Source of the DNA: Octopus vulgaris
Lineage: Eukaryota
NCBI GenBank assembly: GCA_951406725.2
Contig: OX597824.1
Location: 35,464,001-35,528,000, forward strand
Direction: 5' to 3'
Length of the DNA stretch: 64,000 nucleotides
How positions within the stretch are numbered: position 1 is the first letter of the stretch; the number at the start of each line of letters is the position of its first letter. This document shows positions 26,975 through 39,209 of this stretch, one piece after another. Made by a program: the position numbers and the translations under genes. The notes beneath the pieces are model-generated. The model did no database searches, was not told where the DNA came from, and was given only the letters and a program-made list of their open reading frames with translations.

Positions 26975-27292
26975 GGAGGTGCAATGGCTCAGTGGTTAGG
27001 GCAGCGGACTTGCGGTCATAGGATCGTGGTTTCGATTCCCAGATCGGGCATTGTGAGTGTTTCGCATTATTGAGCGAAAACACCTAAAGCTCCGCGAAGC
27101 TCCGGCAGGGGGCTGGTGGCGATCCCTGCTGTACTTTTTCGCCACAACTTTCTCTCACTCTTTCTTCTGTTGGCCTGCTCGCTTAACCAGCGGGGTGGCA
27201 TCATTTGAAAGCTAAAACAATGCAAAGTGCATTGTGACCAGCGATGTATAACAACATCTGATAGCCTGGTCGGTCACGGTGATCACGGTGAT
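26975..27292 (+). mobile_element. tRNA-derived SINE, family C
   Basis: GGAGGTGCAATGGCTCAGTGGTTAGGGCAGCGGACTTGCGG..GGTTTCGATTCCC (A and B boxes), then a non-tRNA body ending in CACGGTGAT x2. Confidence 0.8.
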
Positions 27293-27327
27293 ATATATAT
27301 ATATATATTAATAAAGTGTGACGTAAG

Positions 27328-27652
27328 TGCAGGCGTGGCTGTGTGGTAAGAAGATTACTTCCGAATCTCATGGTTACGGATTCAGTCCCACTGCATGGAA
27401 CATTGGACGCGTTTCTTGTAGCCTAGGACCGACCAAAGTCTTGTGAGTTGATTTTGTAGACGGAAACTGAAAGAAATCCCTCGTACACGTATATATCTGT
27501 GTGTACGTATCTTTATGTCTATGTTTGTCCCCACCATCGCTTCACAACCGGTGCTGGTGTGTTTACGTCCTTCCTTCAACTAAAAATATTCTTCAAGTTG
27601 ATGCCCGAGCATGGTCTCAGTCTAATGATTGAAACAAGGAAAAGATAAAAGA
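27328..27652 (+). mobile_element. SINE family B
   Basis: GCAGGCGTGGCTGTGTGGTAAG head through GAAACAAGGAAAAGATAAAAG tail. Confidence 0.8.
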
Positions 27653-28017
27653 TATCTGCGTTTATTTAAATCAGTAGTTTGCCGATAGGGATATTGCATT
27701 AGATATTCTGCGGTGGGTGTGGACTGTTCTTTAAGAATATTGTACAAAGTATGTTTTAATGTCCAACACCCTTGTCTAGCACGCAAATATACAATTTCTT
27801 TTCATACCGAAATTGTAAAAAGTCACGAATTGCCAGTCAGGAAAAGGAAATATGGACAATATTGTTTCAAACCCAATAAATAGAACGAAAATAGGAAATA
27901 ACCTGAATATGAAAAGAACACAATGAAACACAGTCGTGTTTTATATAATAACATAGTTAAAAGAAAAATCGTTCACTATTTGCACTCATACACACGGACA
28001 TACTTATACACACACGT

Positions 28018-28056
<39 letters not shown>

Positions 28057-28966
28057 CATACATATTTATATACACACACACACATACATATATACACACA
28101 CACACACATATATATATACACGCACATACACATATACATATATATATATATATACATACTTATACATATACCTATATATATATATGTGTGTGTGTATACA
28201 CATACATATGTGTATATATGTGTGTGTGTATGTGTATACATATATATATATATAGGTATATAAGTTAGCAGTTAATGACACCATAGTCAAAACACCGAGT
28301 TTATTATTTATACACCTGTCCATGTATGTATGTATGTATGTATGTATGTATGTATGTATGTATGTATGTATGTATGTATGTATGTATGTATGTATGTATG
28401 TATTGCAGTCCTGAGACTATTGTTTCTCTGTTACTACTGAGGGCTTTGTGAATCCCGCTCAACGCGTAACAGATTAATGATAGAGAGAGGAAGACATGAT
28501 ATTTTAATAACATGGAAGATTTATAAAAGGTCAGCCATTGGAAAAATAAATGGGTCACTTGGAAAACAATGGAACACATACGTGTGTGTGTGTGTTTGTG
28601 CATATATATATATGTGTATGTATTTTGTATGTATGTGTGTATCTTCATACACACACATGTATTTAGATAGATAGATAGATAGATAGAGATAGACATATAT
28701 GTATATATGTATGTATGTATGTATGTATGTAGGTATGTATGTATGTATGTATGTATTATGTGTGTATGTATATAAACACACAAATACTTCCACGCATATA
28801 CATAAATACGTAGATCTTTATTTATATGTATATGTACGTAGATGTATGTGTGGCTCCAAAGCACACGGGGATACTTGTAACAATATTATGCATTCATATC
28901 AAATGCGAATATCAAGCACGCACCCTTAACTTCAGAGGCATGTGTGTTTGTATGTGTGTGTTTGTG

Positions 28967-29053
<87 letters not shown>

Positions 29054-29087
29054 AATCAAAATAAGCAACGGGATATCCAGAGGAAAT

Positions 29088-29171
29088 TCAGTACGATCGT
29101 TTCAAGCGACTGCATTTAATTGAACAATACAACCATTACATGAATTTAAATGCAGAGCAATCTTCGGCTGC
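29088..29171 (-). ncRNA. Type I hammerhead-like motif (CCGAAGA core variant)
   Basis: Minus strand CAG CCGAAGA TTGCT CTGCATTTAA..TTAAATGCAG TCGCTT GAAAC GATC GTA CTG; palindromic helix III ACGATCGT; 10-bp perfect segment in helix II. Confidence 0.65.
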
Positions 29172-29423
29172 ATAAATACATAGAATTAAATTAAATTAAA
29201 ACAGATGGACATATTAGTATAATTTTACCTAAAATCTTCAAGAAGGTAAGGAGATAGACAAAGTCTTCACTTCAGCTTAGAAGCTGGATATCCTGTTGTT
29301 TATTTTGATTTTAATCACCCTACTTTGAAACTGTATGGATAATACCGTACTAAATTCCGGTGCCTCAACCTGAGTACCTAATTCATCTGAATCCAAATGT
29401 TTGCTTATATATATATATAGGGG

Positions 29424-29456
<33 letters not shown>

Positions 29457-29558
29457 TAGATAGATAGATAGATAGATAGATAGATATGTATACACACATA
29501 CATACATATATTCATACATACGTACATACATACATACATACATACATACATACATACA

Positions 29559-29592
<34 letters not shown>

Positions 29593-29887
29593 CATCCCAA
29601 ACTGCGCTTCTCAACGCTCACCACTTGCCGTCACATCATCACGAACTCGCACTTTGGCACGATTAGAGTACCTGCGCGCGCGCGTGTGTGATGGCAAGGA
29701 TGAACTTATACATCTCTATATAGATAAGAACGTGTGTCTCATATTCACAGTTGTCATTAATGTTAAATATTGCTAGAACTTGCATTTCGATTTGCTATAG
29801 ATACAAGTATGTACACAACTATTTCTGCATATATGTGTGTATGTGTGTGTTTATGTATGTATGTCAATGTTGTCTATGTGTATACAT

Positions 29888-30091
29888 AGTTAATCCAAAC
29901 ATGAAAACACAAAGAGAAAACGCAACAACGCGAGGACGTGGAAAAAATATAGTATTATTGGACGCTCAGGAAGGAAGGGAAGAAGGAGGGCTTATCGTTT
30001 CGAGCGGAGCTTTTCGTCGGAAACATAGGAGAAGGAAAGATCCAGAGAAGGGAAGACAGAGGAAAAAAAATCGCCAACGGTACACACGCGG

Positions 30092-30095
<4 letters not shown>
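29888..30095 (-). mobile_element. Penelope-like terminal segment, second copy
   Basis: Near-identical to 26771-26974; HHR variant mutated (GAAACGAT). Confidence 0.7.
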
Positions 30096-30173
<78 letters not shown>

Positions 30174-30225
30174 ACACAGACACACATTAGTATATGAAGT
30201 CATATAAATACATGTATAAACATTA

Positions 30226-30610
30226 TAGTGTATGTGTTTTGTTTATACAATGAATTTGTGGCGGGATAGTGCCCAGTGAAAGCTCCCAAAGGAACTGAAT
30301 GTCCCAGACCAGGCGAGAAAACTCGCCTCAAGATGATCGAGATTAGCAGATGTCGATATTTCGCCGTTATTTTGAATCATCAGCTGAATGTTCTCGAAAC
30401 ACTCTTAAACAAAATGAATCGTTGTTTTGGTACATAATATGCACGTAGTGTGAAGACTATTTGCTGATGTACTGTGGCGTGGCACTTGTTAAAGAAAATT
30501 TAATTACGACTCAAGAACAGCTTTCATAATCTAAACATTATCGGTCACACATACATAGTGTATGTGCTTTGTTTGTATGCTCATTTTCTGCAGGATAGCG
30601 TCCTAAGAAA
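30226..30610 (-). repeat. 330-bp retrozyme-like unit, copy 2 plus start of a tandem copy (HHR at 30337-30397)
   Basis: TAGTGTATGTG(T/C)TTTGTTT recurs at 30226 and 30556 (period 330); minus strand TCGAGA acat TCAG CTGATGA TTCA aaataa CGGC GAAA TATCGACA TC TGCT aa TCTCGA. Confidence 0.65.
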
Positions 30611-31139
30611 TCTGCATACAGCTGAGATTACAACATCATGATTGCATCAATGATTCAAGTTTAAAACATCCACACAAAATTCACATGCACGCGTATATGT
30701 GTACTTTTTTGGCGTGCTGAAATTAATACAACATGAAAAAGATTATGAAATGGCTGTAAACAAACACACATACAAATTTTCATTTCAAATTTTGACACAA
30801 GGCCAGTCATTTCGGGTAAAGGGTAAGTCAATTACACCGACTGGTATTTATTTTATCGACTCCGAGAGGATGAAAGGCGAAGTGGACCTCGACGGAATTT
30901 GAACTCAGAGCGTAGAAATGGACGAAATGCCGCTAAGCATTTCACCCGGCGTGCTAAAGATTATGGCAGCTCGCCGCCTTAAGTATATATATAGAATATG
31001 AGGAGTTTAGTTCATTTGTGATCTAAACGAATAGTTACGCTGTATAAGCGTTATTACTGGTCATCCGTTAGGTTCCAAGTTCACAGCTGACGATGGAACT
31101 AGGGATATGTAATAAGCTTCCGAGTTAGCAGATATGTAT

Positions 31140-31615
31140 TAGACGAAAAACGACGACACAACCGAGGGAGGGCCAGTGTCTCAAGCCATTTAGAATATTT
31201 AATTAGAGTAAGGTGAATTTGAAGTAACTGATTAATTAATTAGTCAATTAATTAATTAATTACTGGATATCTTGCAGCTGTTTCTGGGATATCCCAAGTG
31301 ATAGGTTAGCATCTCCATACAATGAATACACCGTCATCAGAGACAAATTGGGTATGTAAAAAAGTTCTAGACAGAGAATTTACAATGCATAGAGGAATAA
31401 AATGGTAGAGAGAAGAATAAAGATTAAAGCAGTAGATAGAAGAATGCAGATAGGAGAGTAAGTTTCACAGCTCATCTTCCAGGTGGTATGGATGTTTGTC
31501 TGTTCTTCCGTGATTGTATAGGACCGTGAAGATATAGGACTTTAATATATTCCTTCAATATGAACGCAACATTCAATATAATGCCAGAATACTGCCTGGA
31601 TTTACCTGGGATTAT
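31140..31615 (-). mobile_element. Penelope-like 3' end with degenerate HHR (31269-31344)
   Basis: Minus strand TCT CTGATGA CGG..CCCA GAAAC AGCT GCA AGA; the conserved U of the NUH triplet is changed to C. Confidence 0.55.
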
Positions 31616-31639
31616 ACTTAAGGATCTATACCTTCACTG

Positions 31640-31930
31640 AAGGTAAAGTCAATTTCGGCGAATTTTGAACTCAGGACGTAAAGACTGACGAAATACCTAT
31701 TTCTTTACCACCCACAGGGGGCTAAACACAGAGAGGACAAACAAGGACAGACAAACGGATTAAGTCGATTATATCAACCCCAGTGCGTAACTGGTACTTA
31801 TTTAATCAACTCCGAAAGGATGAAAGGGAAAGTCGACCTCGGCGGAATTTGAACTCAGAACGTAACGGCAGACGAAATACCGCTGAGTATTTCGCCCGGC
31901 ATGCTAACGTTTCTGCCAGCTCGCCGCCTT
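31640..31930 (-). mobile_element. SINE family A with partial tandem second unit
   Basis: Junction GACGAAATAC|CTATTTCTTT at 31696/31697. Confidence 0.85.
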
Positions 31931-32299
31931 TAAATGTCGTATATATTATATGACACATTTAGGAATTGACAACGTATCAGACCTCAACTCGAATAGTCGA
32001 AAGACCTTCCATCATCACCGGAGGAACTTTCTGTTGACATAGTCCAACTTGCCTTGTTAAGGTGCGATGTGCAGACAGAGCTAACCAGTAAGACTAACAA
32101 AGCAGTTAGTCCATAAGCTCACCAGTCTTAAACTATATTGCTGTTGCACTCTATAGACCCAACAAGTTATAGGCCTACTTATTACATTTAATTTTTTATT
32201 TACATTTTACATTATTACATTTAATTTTTTAATTACGTGTGTAATATATCTTCCATTAATATAAATGAATTCATAATATTATATTATAATTATAATTAA

Positions 32300-32510
32300 T
32301 CTGGCAGAATCGTTAGCATGCCGGGCGAAATGCTTAGCGGTATTTCATTCGTCTTTACGTTCTGAGTTCAAATTCCGCCGAGGTCGACTTTGGTTTTCAT
32401 CCTTTCGGGGTCAATAAATTAAGCACCACTTGAACAGTGGGGTCGATGCAATCGACTCATTTCCTGCCCCACAAATTTCAGGGCTTGTACCTTTAGTAGA
32501 AAGGATTATA
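32300..32510 (+). mobile_element. SINE family A variant
   Basis: CTGGCAGAATCGTTAGC..GAGTTCAAATTCCGCCGAGGTCGAC. Confidence 0.85.
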
Positions 32511-32511
32511 A

Positions 32512-32918
32512 TTATTTCTTTTTATCACAGCTTTTGTTGGAACCTCTGGAGTCTTGCATGCCTAGCGGGCTCGCTACCTGCAGCCTACGGTACCATGCCC
32601 CCCCACCGTTCGTTTCAGCTACTTAATACTCTCCTTGCTATTTTGACCATACCAAGCAGGCAGACCTTTTATAACAGTTCTACTGGACATTCTATTCCAG
32701 TTTCCTTTATATTCTTCTTGGTGCTTTCTGATACTGTCTCCAAGGAACCAAAAATAATTGGCACTATCTTCACCTTCTTCATTTTCCATAGCCGGGCTAT
32801 TTCGTACTTAAGAGTGTTGTGTTTATCTATTTTTTCGCATTCCTTCTTGACTATTCGTGGGTCAAATGGGAACGCAACATCAACTATATAGTACATGTGG
32901 CGCATCTTGTCCACCACA
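32512..32918 (-). mobile_element. R4/Dong-like LINE endonuclease C-terminus
   Basis: ORF 32669-32953: YIVDVAFPFDPRIVKKECEKIDKHNTLKYEIARLWKMKKVKIVPIIFGSLETV; 3' end abuts TAATAATTATAAT on the minus strand. Confidence 0.85.
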
Positions 32919-32924
32919 TCGTTA

Positions 32925-33140
32925 AGGCGGCGAACTAGCAGAATCGTTAGCACGCCGGGCGAAATGCTTAGAGGTATTTCGTCTGCCGTTACGCTCTGAG
33001 TTCAAATTCCGCCGAGGTCGACTTTGCCTTTCATCCTTTCGGGGTCGATAAGTTAAGTACCAGTAGCGTACTGGGGATCGATGTAATCGACTTAACCCCT
33101 ACTCCCAAATTTGAGGCTTTGTGCTTCAAGTAGAAAGGAT
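32925..33140 (+). mobile_element. SINE family A variant
   Basis: AGGCGGCGAACTAGCAGAATCGTTAGC head; runs into (TAT)n. Confidence 0.9.
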
Positions 33141-33142
33141 TA

Positions 33143-33219
<77 letters not shown>

Positions 33220-33530
33220 TCATTATGATCTTCTTTCAATTCTGTTTCCATTTCTTTCTGATTGTCTTCCTGACACCTAGGTCAGAGAAACGCACTGTAT
33301 ACATTGGTAGGCCATTAAAATAAACACATAAGACTGTTTATTTACAAAGTCATGAGAGAGAGAAAAAAACGGGTAGAAAGACAGAGAGAAAAATAAAAAA
33401 ATAAAAAGTAAACAAAAAAAAATAAAGGGGAAAAAGGAAAGAAAATTCACAGCGACAATGCTCTTCTCAGCACGTGTAACGTACCTGTTGAGACAATCTT
33501 TTGCACTTCCTGCATGAAAGGTAAGCCAGA
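33220..33530 (-). mobile_element. R4/Dong-like LINE 3' end with (TAA)n tail
   Basis: Reverse complement is homologous to ~14545-14810; 3' end runs into the (TAT)n tract at 33139-33219. Confidence 0.75.
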
Positions 33531-34150
33531 CAGTGGTGGCTCGTATATAAGCACTGTGGAACTGCAGCACCACCTATTTCCACTCGATATTATTGATTAC
33601 ATTCGATATAATGAGTCCTTTTTTCTTTAATTCTTTCTTTATACTTGTACATTATATAATCCTTAAGCTTTATGTCAGTAAAGAAATGGGTATTTCGTCT
33701 GCCGTTACATCCGAAATTCCGCCGAGGTCGACTTTACCTTACATCCTTTCGAGATCGATAAATTAAGTTCCAGTCATGTGATCGATTATCCCCTCCTCTC
33801 AAATTCCAGTTTTTGTACCTATAGTAGAATGGATTATTATTATCATTAATGGAAACCTTGTGCATTTCGTCAGACAATATACCAAAAATAGTAAACAATT
33901 GTATGACTCTTTAAGTTTTAACTAGTTTCAGCTCGAGAGCTGCGGCCATGCCAGGCCAACCGTTTTAGCCTTTTATTTTTCCTTTCAGTTCACTGCGGTC
34001 ATGCTGGAGCACCACTTTGAAGGGTTTAGTCAAACAAATAACCGCCTTCATCCCCAGTACTTATCTTAAGTCTAGTACTTCATTTAATCAAGCGGTGGAG
34101 AAGCAAATGCAAACACACACACACACACATGTGCACACGCAGATAGATAA

Positions 34151-34205
<55 letters not shown>

Positions 34206-35441
34206 CGAGGGGCGTTCAATAAGTAATGCCCCTGACCCACTTGCAGTTGTTTGATCTAGCTGAAATTTTGCATGTGCAAATTACAGCTCTGAACTAATTG
34301 TGGTTTCCGATTTACAGGTGTTTTAACTGAGTCAAGTGTGAAATGGAGCATGTTGAGTGTCGAGCAGTGATCCGGTTTTTGTATTTGAAAGGACGCACAC
34401 CACGGGAGACTTTTGATGAAATGAAAGTAACTTATGGTGATGATGCCCCATCATATGACCTTGTAAAACGCTGGCATCGGGAATTCAAACATGGTCGGAA
34501 CTCTGTGGAAACAGCTCCCAGATCTGGTCGCCCCCTTCTGCCATTGATGAGGCATCTGTCTGTCAAGTTGAGGCTGCCATTTTGGAAGATCGACGCATAA
34601 CAATTCGCCAAATAGCCCATGAGGTCAAGATTAGTACCGGGTCTGTGGAAACTATCATTCATGACCATTTGCATATGCAAAAGGTGTCTGCCAGATGGAT
34701 TCCCAGGTTGCTCACACCTTTCCAGAAGCAAGAACACGTCGATTGCGTCAAGATGAGTCAACATTTTTCAAAAGACTGATTGCATAGGATAAAACCTGGG
34801 TCTATCACTATGATCCAGAGACCAAAGCCCAGTCAATGCAGTGGAAGCACCGTGACTCACCTCCTCTAAAGAAGGCAAGGGTGCAGCCCTCCGCTGGCAA
34901 GGTCATGCTTACAGTCTTCTGGGACCACACGGAGTAGTGAAGACAAATTTCCTGGCAAAGGGTGCCACAATTACAGGAGTCTATTATGCTTCACTTTTAA
35001 GGAAATTAAGAGAAGCTATCAAAATCAAGAGGCGGGGCAAGATCAGCAAAGGCATCCTCCCCCTGCAGGACAACGCTCCGATCCACAACTCGCGTGTCGC
35101 CAGATCAGAAGCACAGGCGTGCGGCTATGAACTCATCCCCCATCCCCCCTACTCTCCTGACCTTGCACCCTCTGATTTTCACCTCTTCCCAGCCATGAAG
35201 TTGTTTTTGAAAGGAAAGCGTTTCCCAGATGATGCAGCCTTGATTTCTGAAGTCACGTCGTGGTTGGAGGACCAAGCTGGGGTCTTCTACAAAAACGGTC
35301 TTCAGAGCTGCATCAAACGATGGGAGAAATGCGTAACTCTGGGTGCTTCCTATGTAGAAAAAGACTAATAACTGTTCCAAGTTTCGTTGCTCTACTGCTA
35401 TGGGAAGTGGGTCAGGGGCATTACTTATTGAACGCCCCTCG
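34206..35441 (+). mobile_element. Full-length mariner DNA transposon, 1236 bp
   Basis: Perfect 37-bp TIRs CGAGGGGCGTTCAATAAGTAATGCCCCTGACCCACTT (34206-34242 / 35405-35441); TA duplication on both sides; inserted in (TAGA)n. Confidence 0.97.
34343..35368 (+). pseudogene. Mariner D,D34D transposase pseudogene (frameshifted)
   Basis: HTH N-terminus ending RSGRP, WIPRLL motif, DKTWVYHYDPE, and QDNAPIH..HPPYSPDLAPSD with 34 residues between the last two Asp; split over at least four frame segments. Confidence 0.95.
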
Positions 35442-35969
35442 TAGATAGATAGATAGATAGTTAGATCAGATCCCACACCGTTTCCGTCTACAAATTACGA
35501 CGTTGCCAACCACACAACTATTCCTACTTCTTACTTTCCCCTTTGTTATATATAACGAAATCCACAGCCAAAATTTTTATAAATATGAAAAATAATAAAG
35601 CATTTTTTTTTTAAAGATTTAATAATATGACCGGCTTTGGGCGGCAACCTGGCAGAATCGTTAGTACGACGGGCAAAATTCTTAGCTACGTTTCGTCCGT
35701 CTAGACTGTGCCTCTCATTCCTTTGGGGGTCGATAAAATAAGTACCTGTTGAACACTGAGGTCAGTATAATCCACTTACGCCTCCCTGAAATTGCTGGCC
35801 CTGTGCCAAAATTTGAAACCAGTATTTTATTGATGTTTGAATGAAAAGATAACGAAGAATTAACTCCCCCACCCCGGAAAAACATGGTCAAATTGGATAT
35901 CAAATATACGACAATTCTGTACAAGAGAACAAGAGGTGTATCTGTGTATCTTGATATTCTTTTCTATTC

Positions 35970-36400
35970 TAGATACAAGGTCAGAAATTTTAGGGGAGTT
36001 AGCCAGTACAAACAAGGACAGAGGGGACAAACAAGGACAGACAAAAGGATTAAGTCGATTACATCGATCCCAGTGCGTAACTGGTACTTAATTTATAGAC
36101 CCCGAAAGGATGAAAGGCAAAGCCGACCTCGGCGGAATTTTAACTCAGAACGTAATGGCAGAGGAAATACCTATTTCTTTATTACCCACAAGGGGCTAAA
36201 CACAGAGGGGACAAACAAGGACAGACAAGGGTATTAAGTCGATTACATCGACCCCAGTGCGTAACTGGTACTTAATTTATCGACCCCGAAAAGATGAAAG
36301 GCAAAGCCGACCTCGGCGGAATTTGAACTCGGAACGTAACGGCAGACGAAATACCGCTGAGCACTTCGCCCGGCGCGCTAACGTTTCTGCCAGCCCGCCG
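35970..36400 (-). mobile_element. SINE family A tandem dimer
   Basis: Two head-to-tail units with junction GAAATAC|CTATTTCTTT at 36170/36171. Confidence 0.9.
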
Positions 36401-36769
36401 GCTTTCGTGTATGTCGATATTTGTTGTTCCATTGCCGTAGACGCGTGTAACAATCTAAACGCGGTAATGAACAGGGGACGACTCATTGCATTAATTCGAA
36501 GTTTTGAGTTGTGCTGAGGTAAAAAAAAAAAAAAAAAATGGGCATAATATATGCAGAACATATCGAATTTCATAAAAGATGAAGCCGTAATATTGATGAC
36601 GAAAAGTTAAAGAAATAGGAAACGAGAAAATAGATGATTAGAAATAACAAACATTCCTGATTTTAAATAAAAAAACATGCTTCTTCTGTATGCCTTTATG
36701 TACGCACGTAAGTACACATACTCAAACACACACACACACACATACGTATATATATCTGTGTATGTGTAT

Positions 36770-36855
<86 letters not shown>

Positions 36856-37162
36856 GTAAAATATGTTACGAAAAGAAAATATAAAATACACGTGGAAATG
36901 TAAGGGTAAGAAATGAAAAATCAACGAAAATGCATATTGCAAATAGAAAAAGGGCATTTATGACAAGTAGCGACAAAGATATACATTTAGATTGACTGAG
37001 GTAGTAATAAGAGTCATAAAGGTCATTATTATGAGATGATTATAAGATGATAATAAAGTAAGAGAACAAAGCGAACCAATAATTTACGCGAAGCTATTCA
37101 TCGTTTGAACAACACCGGTAAATAAATACACACACACACACACACAGACACACACACACACA

Positions 37163-37244
<82 letters not shown>

Positions 37245-37247
<3 letters not shown>

Positions 37248-37819
37248 TGTGGTAAGATTTTTGCTTCTAGCTTCAGTGCCACTGCCTGACACCTTGGAAA
37301 AGTGTCTTCTACTATAGCCTCAGGACGACCAAATCCTTCTAAGTAGAGCTTGTGTATATGTGTATATGTGTGCGCACGCGCGTTTGTGTCTATGTTTGTT
37401 GTATGTGTGTGTGTGTGTGTGTTTGTATCTGTGTATGCGTCTTTGTTTTTGCGTTTGTGCCTCACCACCGATAGACAACCGGTATTGGTGTGTTCACAAG
37501 ACTTAAAGAAAGATTCAAGGTCGATATTTTCGACTGGAATTCTTCAAGGCGGCGCCTCAGCATGGCCGCAGTCTATTGACTGTAGCAAGTATATATATAT
37601 ATATATATATATATACTCTTTTACTTGTTTCAGTCATTTGACTGCGGCCATGCTGAAGCACCGCCTTTTTTGTCGAGCAAATCGACCCCAGGACTTATTC
37701 TTTGTAAGCCTAGTACTTATTCTATCGGTATCTTTTGCCGAACCGCTAAGTAACGGGGACGTAAACACACCAGCATCGGTTGTCAAGCGATGTTGGGCGG
37801 GGGGACAAACACAGACACA

Positions 37820-37899
<80 letters not shown>

Positions 37900-37955
37900 C
37901 GACGGGCTTCTTTCCGTTTCCGTCTACCAAATCCACTCACAAGGCCTTAGTCGGC
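37245..37955. mobile_element. Two SINE family B copies tail-to-tail
   Basis: 37245-37590 (+, degraded) and 37615-37955 (-). Confidence 0.8.
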
Positions 37956-38024
37956 TAGGGGAACAAACCAACACCCCCGCCCCACAACGATCGAAAGCCT
38001 ACTCTATGGTAGGGTTACCAATTT

Positions 38025-38150
38025 ACAGCTGAGCCGACTAGAGCAACGTGAAACGAAGTGGTTTACTGAAGAACAGAACGCGCCTCTCGATCTGGGAATC
38101 GAACCCACGATCTTGCGATCGCGAGTGCAGCACCCTAACCACAAGGTTAC
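38025..38150 (-). mobile_element. tRNA-headed SINE fragment related to the family C head
   Basis: Minus strand TGTGGTTAGGGTGCTGCACTCGCGATCGCAAGATCGTGGGTTCGATTCCCAGATCG. Confidence 0.7.
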
Positions 38151-39098
38151 GCTCTTTCACAAGTCGACAGTATAATATAACATAATATCTATTATAATAA
38201 ACATGAAATTCTGTCTGTCCGTTTGAAACCCCTGTATTCCAGTCTATATTTGATAACATAGACTTACAGTTTTTTGGAATCGTGATGATCCAGGGATTGG
38301 AAATTTTTCTTTCATTTGCTTCTTGAACATCCAGCATTGGGATCAGATTGGATGAGGATTTGTTATATGCTAACAGTTGAAAATTCAAATTTTAAAAGAA
38401 CTCGAAAAATTTATGAACTTACAAGTTTTTCGTTTAAGCTGAACTTAAAAGAATACCATATTGGTAGGGTACCAATAAATGCTTTATTATTATTGCTCTC
38501 CTTAGATTTGGCTGCAGACCCAATTAGCCCTCCGCAGGAGCTAGCTGAAAAGTCTGCACGGAGCTAGTAATGTAATATAACAAGATATTATATTATGGTA
38601 TACTCACAAACATAACTTCCATCTTGGTATAACTGAAACAAAAACCAGGTGTAGCCGTGTGATTATGAAGTTAATCTGGCAACTGCTTTGTTTCGTATTC
38701 GAACCACTACGGTGCATTTTTTTTCTATCGTAGCTTCGGTGTCTTAAAAGTCTCGTGTGCGAAATTTGATTGGCGGAAACTATGCGGTTACCCATCGGTG
38801 GGACCATTCTGTTTTTAGGAGGTAAATATGTGTCACACTGCTTAATAATATCACATGGTACCTGGTTACCTGAAGCAAAACCTATTCAATGACAATCATT
38901 CTTGTTTGGCCTCCAGTTTAAAAGTAACGTCGTCCTTGACATGATCCATTGTGGGAAGCCCTGCAACAGTGTTTTACTTCAAGGGGGCAACCCTCCTCTT
39001 CTGACTAAACCTAAAGACTCCGAATTTTCACTTTTGTTCTCTGATTTCCTCCGTACCTTTCGAGATTAATCTTGAGAAATTCACCACAACACACACAC

Positions 39099-39179
<81 letters not shown>

Positions 39180-39209
39180 CAAACACAAACACACACACAC
39201 ATACACACA

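Noticed and set aside
26975-27050. tRNA-like sequence with A and B boxes
   Set aside because: No proper acceptor stem and it continues into a SINE body, so it is a SINE head rather than a tRNA gene.
38870-39070. Possible LINE coding remnants (also 31950-32160 and 62900-63200)
   Set aside because: Motif similarity too faint to support by eye; needs TBLASTN or HMM search.
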